From Sphagnum compactum (taxonomy: Eukaryota), in NCBI GenBank assembly GCA_965153455.1, contig OZ234493.1, forward strand, positions 1,798,001 to 1,862,000: a DNA stretch of 64,000 nt. Reading direction: 5' to 3'. Below, piece after piece: positions 60,938 to 64,000 of this stretch (position 1 is its first letter; each line of letters starts with the position of its first letter). The translations under genes were made by a program, and so were the position numbers. The notes below the pieces were generated by a model. That model was not told the origin of the DNA. It saw only the letters and a list, made by a program, of their open reading frames with translations, and made no database searches.

Positions 60938-63900
60938 TTAAAACAATGAATGTGGAGAGTGTCACGATTTGCCTCTGTTGAGGGACATTTGAAAGGAATT
61001 GGATTGCATTCTCAACATAAGAACCAAGAATCCCACTTTGAAAAATCATCATTGACATGGAAGCAACGTCTCTTTTGCTGAATTTCGACCCTGAAAAATA
61101 TGATTTTGACCTATACAAAGGGATTGTTATGGAAAAAAATGGCCCAAATTTGCCAGACTTCAAAGGATAAAAAATTTCCAAATTGCCAGGTTTTTACAAT
61201 ATGGTTCCAGTAAGTAACCAAGAATATAAAAGGATTCTCAGTTTGCTCTACTTTCATATCTAGTATGTAGCCAACTTTGGCTAAGTCACTTTTGGACGAT
61301 CACCACTTTGACTACATCACAAAATTCTTCAAAGAAACCCTGCATGGAATATTGATCTACTTTGATAATCAATTAGTCTTCACAAAACAAGATAAGAACT
61401 ATAGTCAAAATGGTTAGGCCTAATTAGTACTTAGTGCAGGTCAATAAATCTTGCCTTTCAAAATTAGCACATACCTTTTAACAAGTGGTCAGACAGTTCA
61501 CAGACAATTTGCAGGTCCCAAACTGAAATCTGGAACCTACATCATCATTCTATATATACGGATGGTTCCATCTTACAGTAAAGTGTATATAGTACCCTGA
61601 CCGATGACCCTGACCCTAAAGAAAGTTGCAAACACTAGCTAGTTGTTTGTTCAATTTCCAGGACTTTAACTTAATGAATTTGTCAGCCTTTGAAAAAATA
61701 GTGAAGATACTTGTGAGAGTTTGGGGTGCTTGGTTTTGGTTTTTCTTGTTTGTTTTCAGTGTCGTTGCTAATAAATATTGCATGGTGTGGGGGTGCAATC
61801 GATTGATTGCATGTAAGTGTTGTTACTGGTGTAAGTAATAGTCAAATTGGCCAACTATGAAATCGTCATTGATTGGGTCAAGATGTTGGAGACTTGCAGG
61901 CTAGTTGCACATCCTAATGTGTGTCATGCATTTATTGTCTTTGGTTGGTTAATTTGCTGTCAATTCCAGTGGCTTAAAAGCTTTAGCAACCATGGACCTT
62001 TATTTGTCTTTAGTGAAATACCAACCCGTTTGTGCCTTCTGTTTGAATTGGTAAGGAGGGAAGGTCTAACTTCTTTCCAACAAAACAACAAAATTAATTA
62101 TATGTAAGAAATGCTTGTTGCTTGTGCTTTAACCGTGCTGTCCAGATATCCAGATAAATCTCGATATCAAAAGGCATAATTTCCGGATATGGATAAAACC
62201 ATATCTGGTTATTAAGGTTGTCAAAATTCCCAATATGCATATGCTTTAGTGTTTAAGAACTTAGAATCCTCATGTGACTCCCTCCTTTTGCATGGCAGCA
62301 TATATTGAGTATCAACACTTTTCCAAGCTCCTTGAGCTTTTATCGTTGAATTTTGCTCTCACATTTTTTTGAGCTTCTTGTTTAGTGCTCTTTTTGTTTT
62401 GTGTTTGAGCTTCAACTCTTGGATTCAAGCTCATGTTGTCTTTGTTCTGGGAGGCTAGGTTGTAAAAAATTCCAGAAACAACAAGAATTGGAAATTGATA
62501 TGCATAACCTTTAGGCATATCTGTTTTTTGTTTCAAAAAATAAAAAATTGAATTATTCAAAGGAAGAAAAATAAAATTGAATGTGTAATTACTAGTAACT
62601 GGCTGCTGTAGAAAATTGCATATTTTTTTATTCATATCATTCCTTGTAATATATATATCCTTTATTGGTATCCATAGGTTAGGTTTAAAAGCTGATAACT
62701 GGACAACACTAGTCTTAACCATTACATTGTACTACCTTATTCTCCCTGTTGCCTGAGAGTATGCTTCAGAAGAGAAGTTGGTTGGCTAAGTACTTGAGGC
62801 CAAAAACATCCCTGAACCCATAGAGCATTGTGGATTAAATATCAATTCGACTAAACAGTTTTCACCCAAATAGGAATCATGCACCAGTGTTTTTGTTTCA
62901 ATTTTGTGATGTAGCATGAGTGATGATCATCCATAAGACAATTAAGTCAAAATTGACTGTAAACAAAATATGAAAATAAAAACATGTAATGCATAATTGT
63001 ATACTGTTACCAGAACCTGATGTAGAAGCTGGATTTTTAACAAGAAAGAAGTTGACATGTGGTGATCAAAGGCCCCTCAAAAGCACTAATTTGTCACATG
63101 TGTACAAGCTATATTATTATTGAAAACATATCTTTAAAAACGGCTCTAGCTGTCCTCAATGAGTTGCAGGTTCCAAATGAACATTTGGGTGATCTTTGTG
63201 ACATGTGGAGCTTGCTTTGGAAACATATGTGGCTATAGGACATGATTGCCATAATAGTACCCTTCAGCCTCCATATAGGATCGACACATTTTTCAGCCAG
63301 TCTTTACTCTTGGAAATTTTTCTTTTCTTTGCAGATAGCGAAACTTTGGGTTCATTGCATTTCAATGAACTTAAGGCTAGTAGCCCATGCTTCTATTAAT
63401 TGTATTATCTGAATCTATTGAGGTTGCCTTGCAAGTAGTAGTTTGTGTAATTACCCACTACTCACGCTAGATGTTGTAGATTATAGCCAACCATTCTATA
63501 AAGGTAATCACCAAAAGGCACATCAATCCATAAAATATACTTTCAATAGAAGGGCAATTAAATTACATATGTTTCAATGCTTTCAAAATGGTCACATCTC
63601 AAAATGAGGAAATAGCCCTATATGGTGAAAAGTCATTCAATTACACCTAATTCAACATAAATGTTCTCGTTGTTTGTATTAATGGTCAATCGTTGACCAT
63701 CAACTAAACAATGAAATAGATTAGATTAAGAAAGAGTGAAACACAAAATTCAAACCACATTAACCCTCAATAAAGAGAGCTAAATTATCTAGATAAAAAA
63801 ATGCTAACAAGATAAAGAAAAATATAGAATAGCTAAGTTGTGAAAAGCGGCATTGAGTGCCCACGACAAGGGAGCTATAATCAACCACTGAGACTATAAA

Positions 63901-64000
63901 AATCCTGAGTTCGTCGGAGTAAAGTATATTAGATATGCAACATGTGTTGACAATAAAAGATCATTTTTCTCATTAAAAGTATAAGTTATTTTTTAACATG

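Overview
Eukaryotic, intron-rich, AT-rich land-plant DNA. Gene content and repeat types suggest a bryophyte, possibly a peat moss (Sphagnum); this is inference, not a database result. Three genes reconstruct as intact: a cytosolic ascorbate peroxidase (+, 10 coding exons, 250 aa), a POB1/LRB-type BTB/POZ-BACK protein (-, 7 coding exons, about 526 aa) and a SHORT-ROOT-like GRAS transcription factor (-, 4 coding exons, 599 aa). There is also an intron-retaining S9B dipeptidyl-peptidase pseudogene. Mobile DNA includes a full-length decayed Ty3/gypsy element with about 98% identical 981-bp LTRs and a 4-bp TSD, a solo LTR nested in a CRE-like non-LTR remnant, a decayed hAT transposase with related MITEs, and Penelope-like element fragments. 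Four observations stand out. (1) A Penelope-like RT C-terminus with no downstream endonuclease sits in an extra APX intron, and its 3' segment with a hammerhead-type CUGAUGA core recurs up to four times nearby. (2) A frame-preserving Cys-rich repeat ORF and stacked uORFs lie upstream of the SHR-like gene. (3) The SHR-like gene has three introns in its GRAS domain. (4) The gypsy element has atypical LTR/PBS/PPT junctions and an extra ORF upstream of gag.
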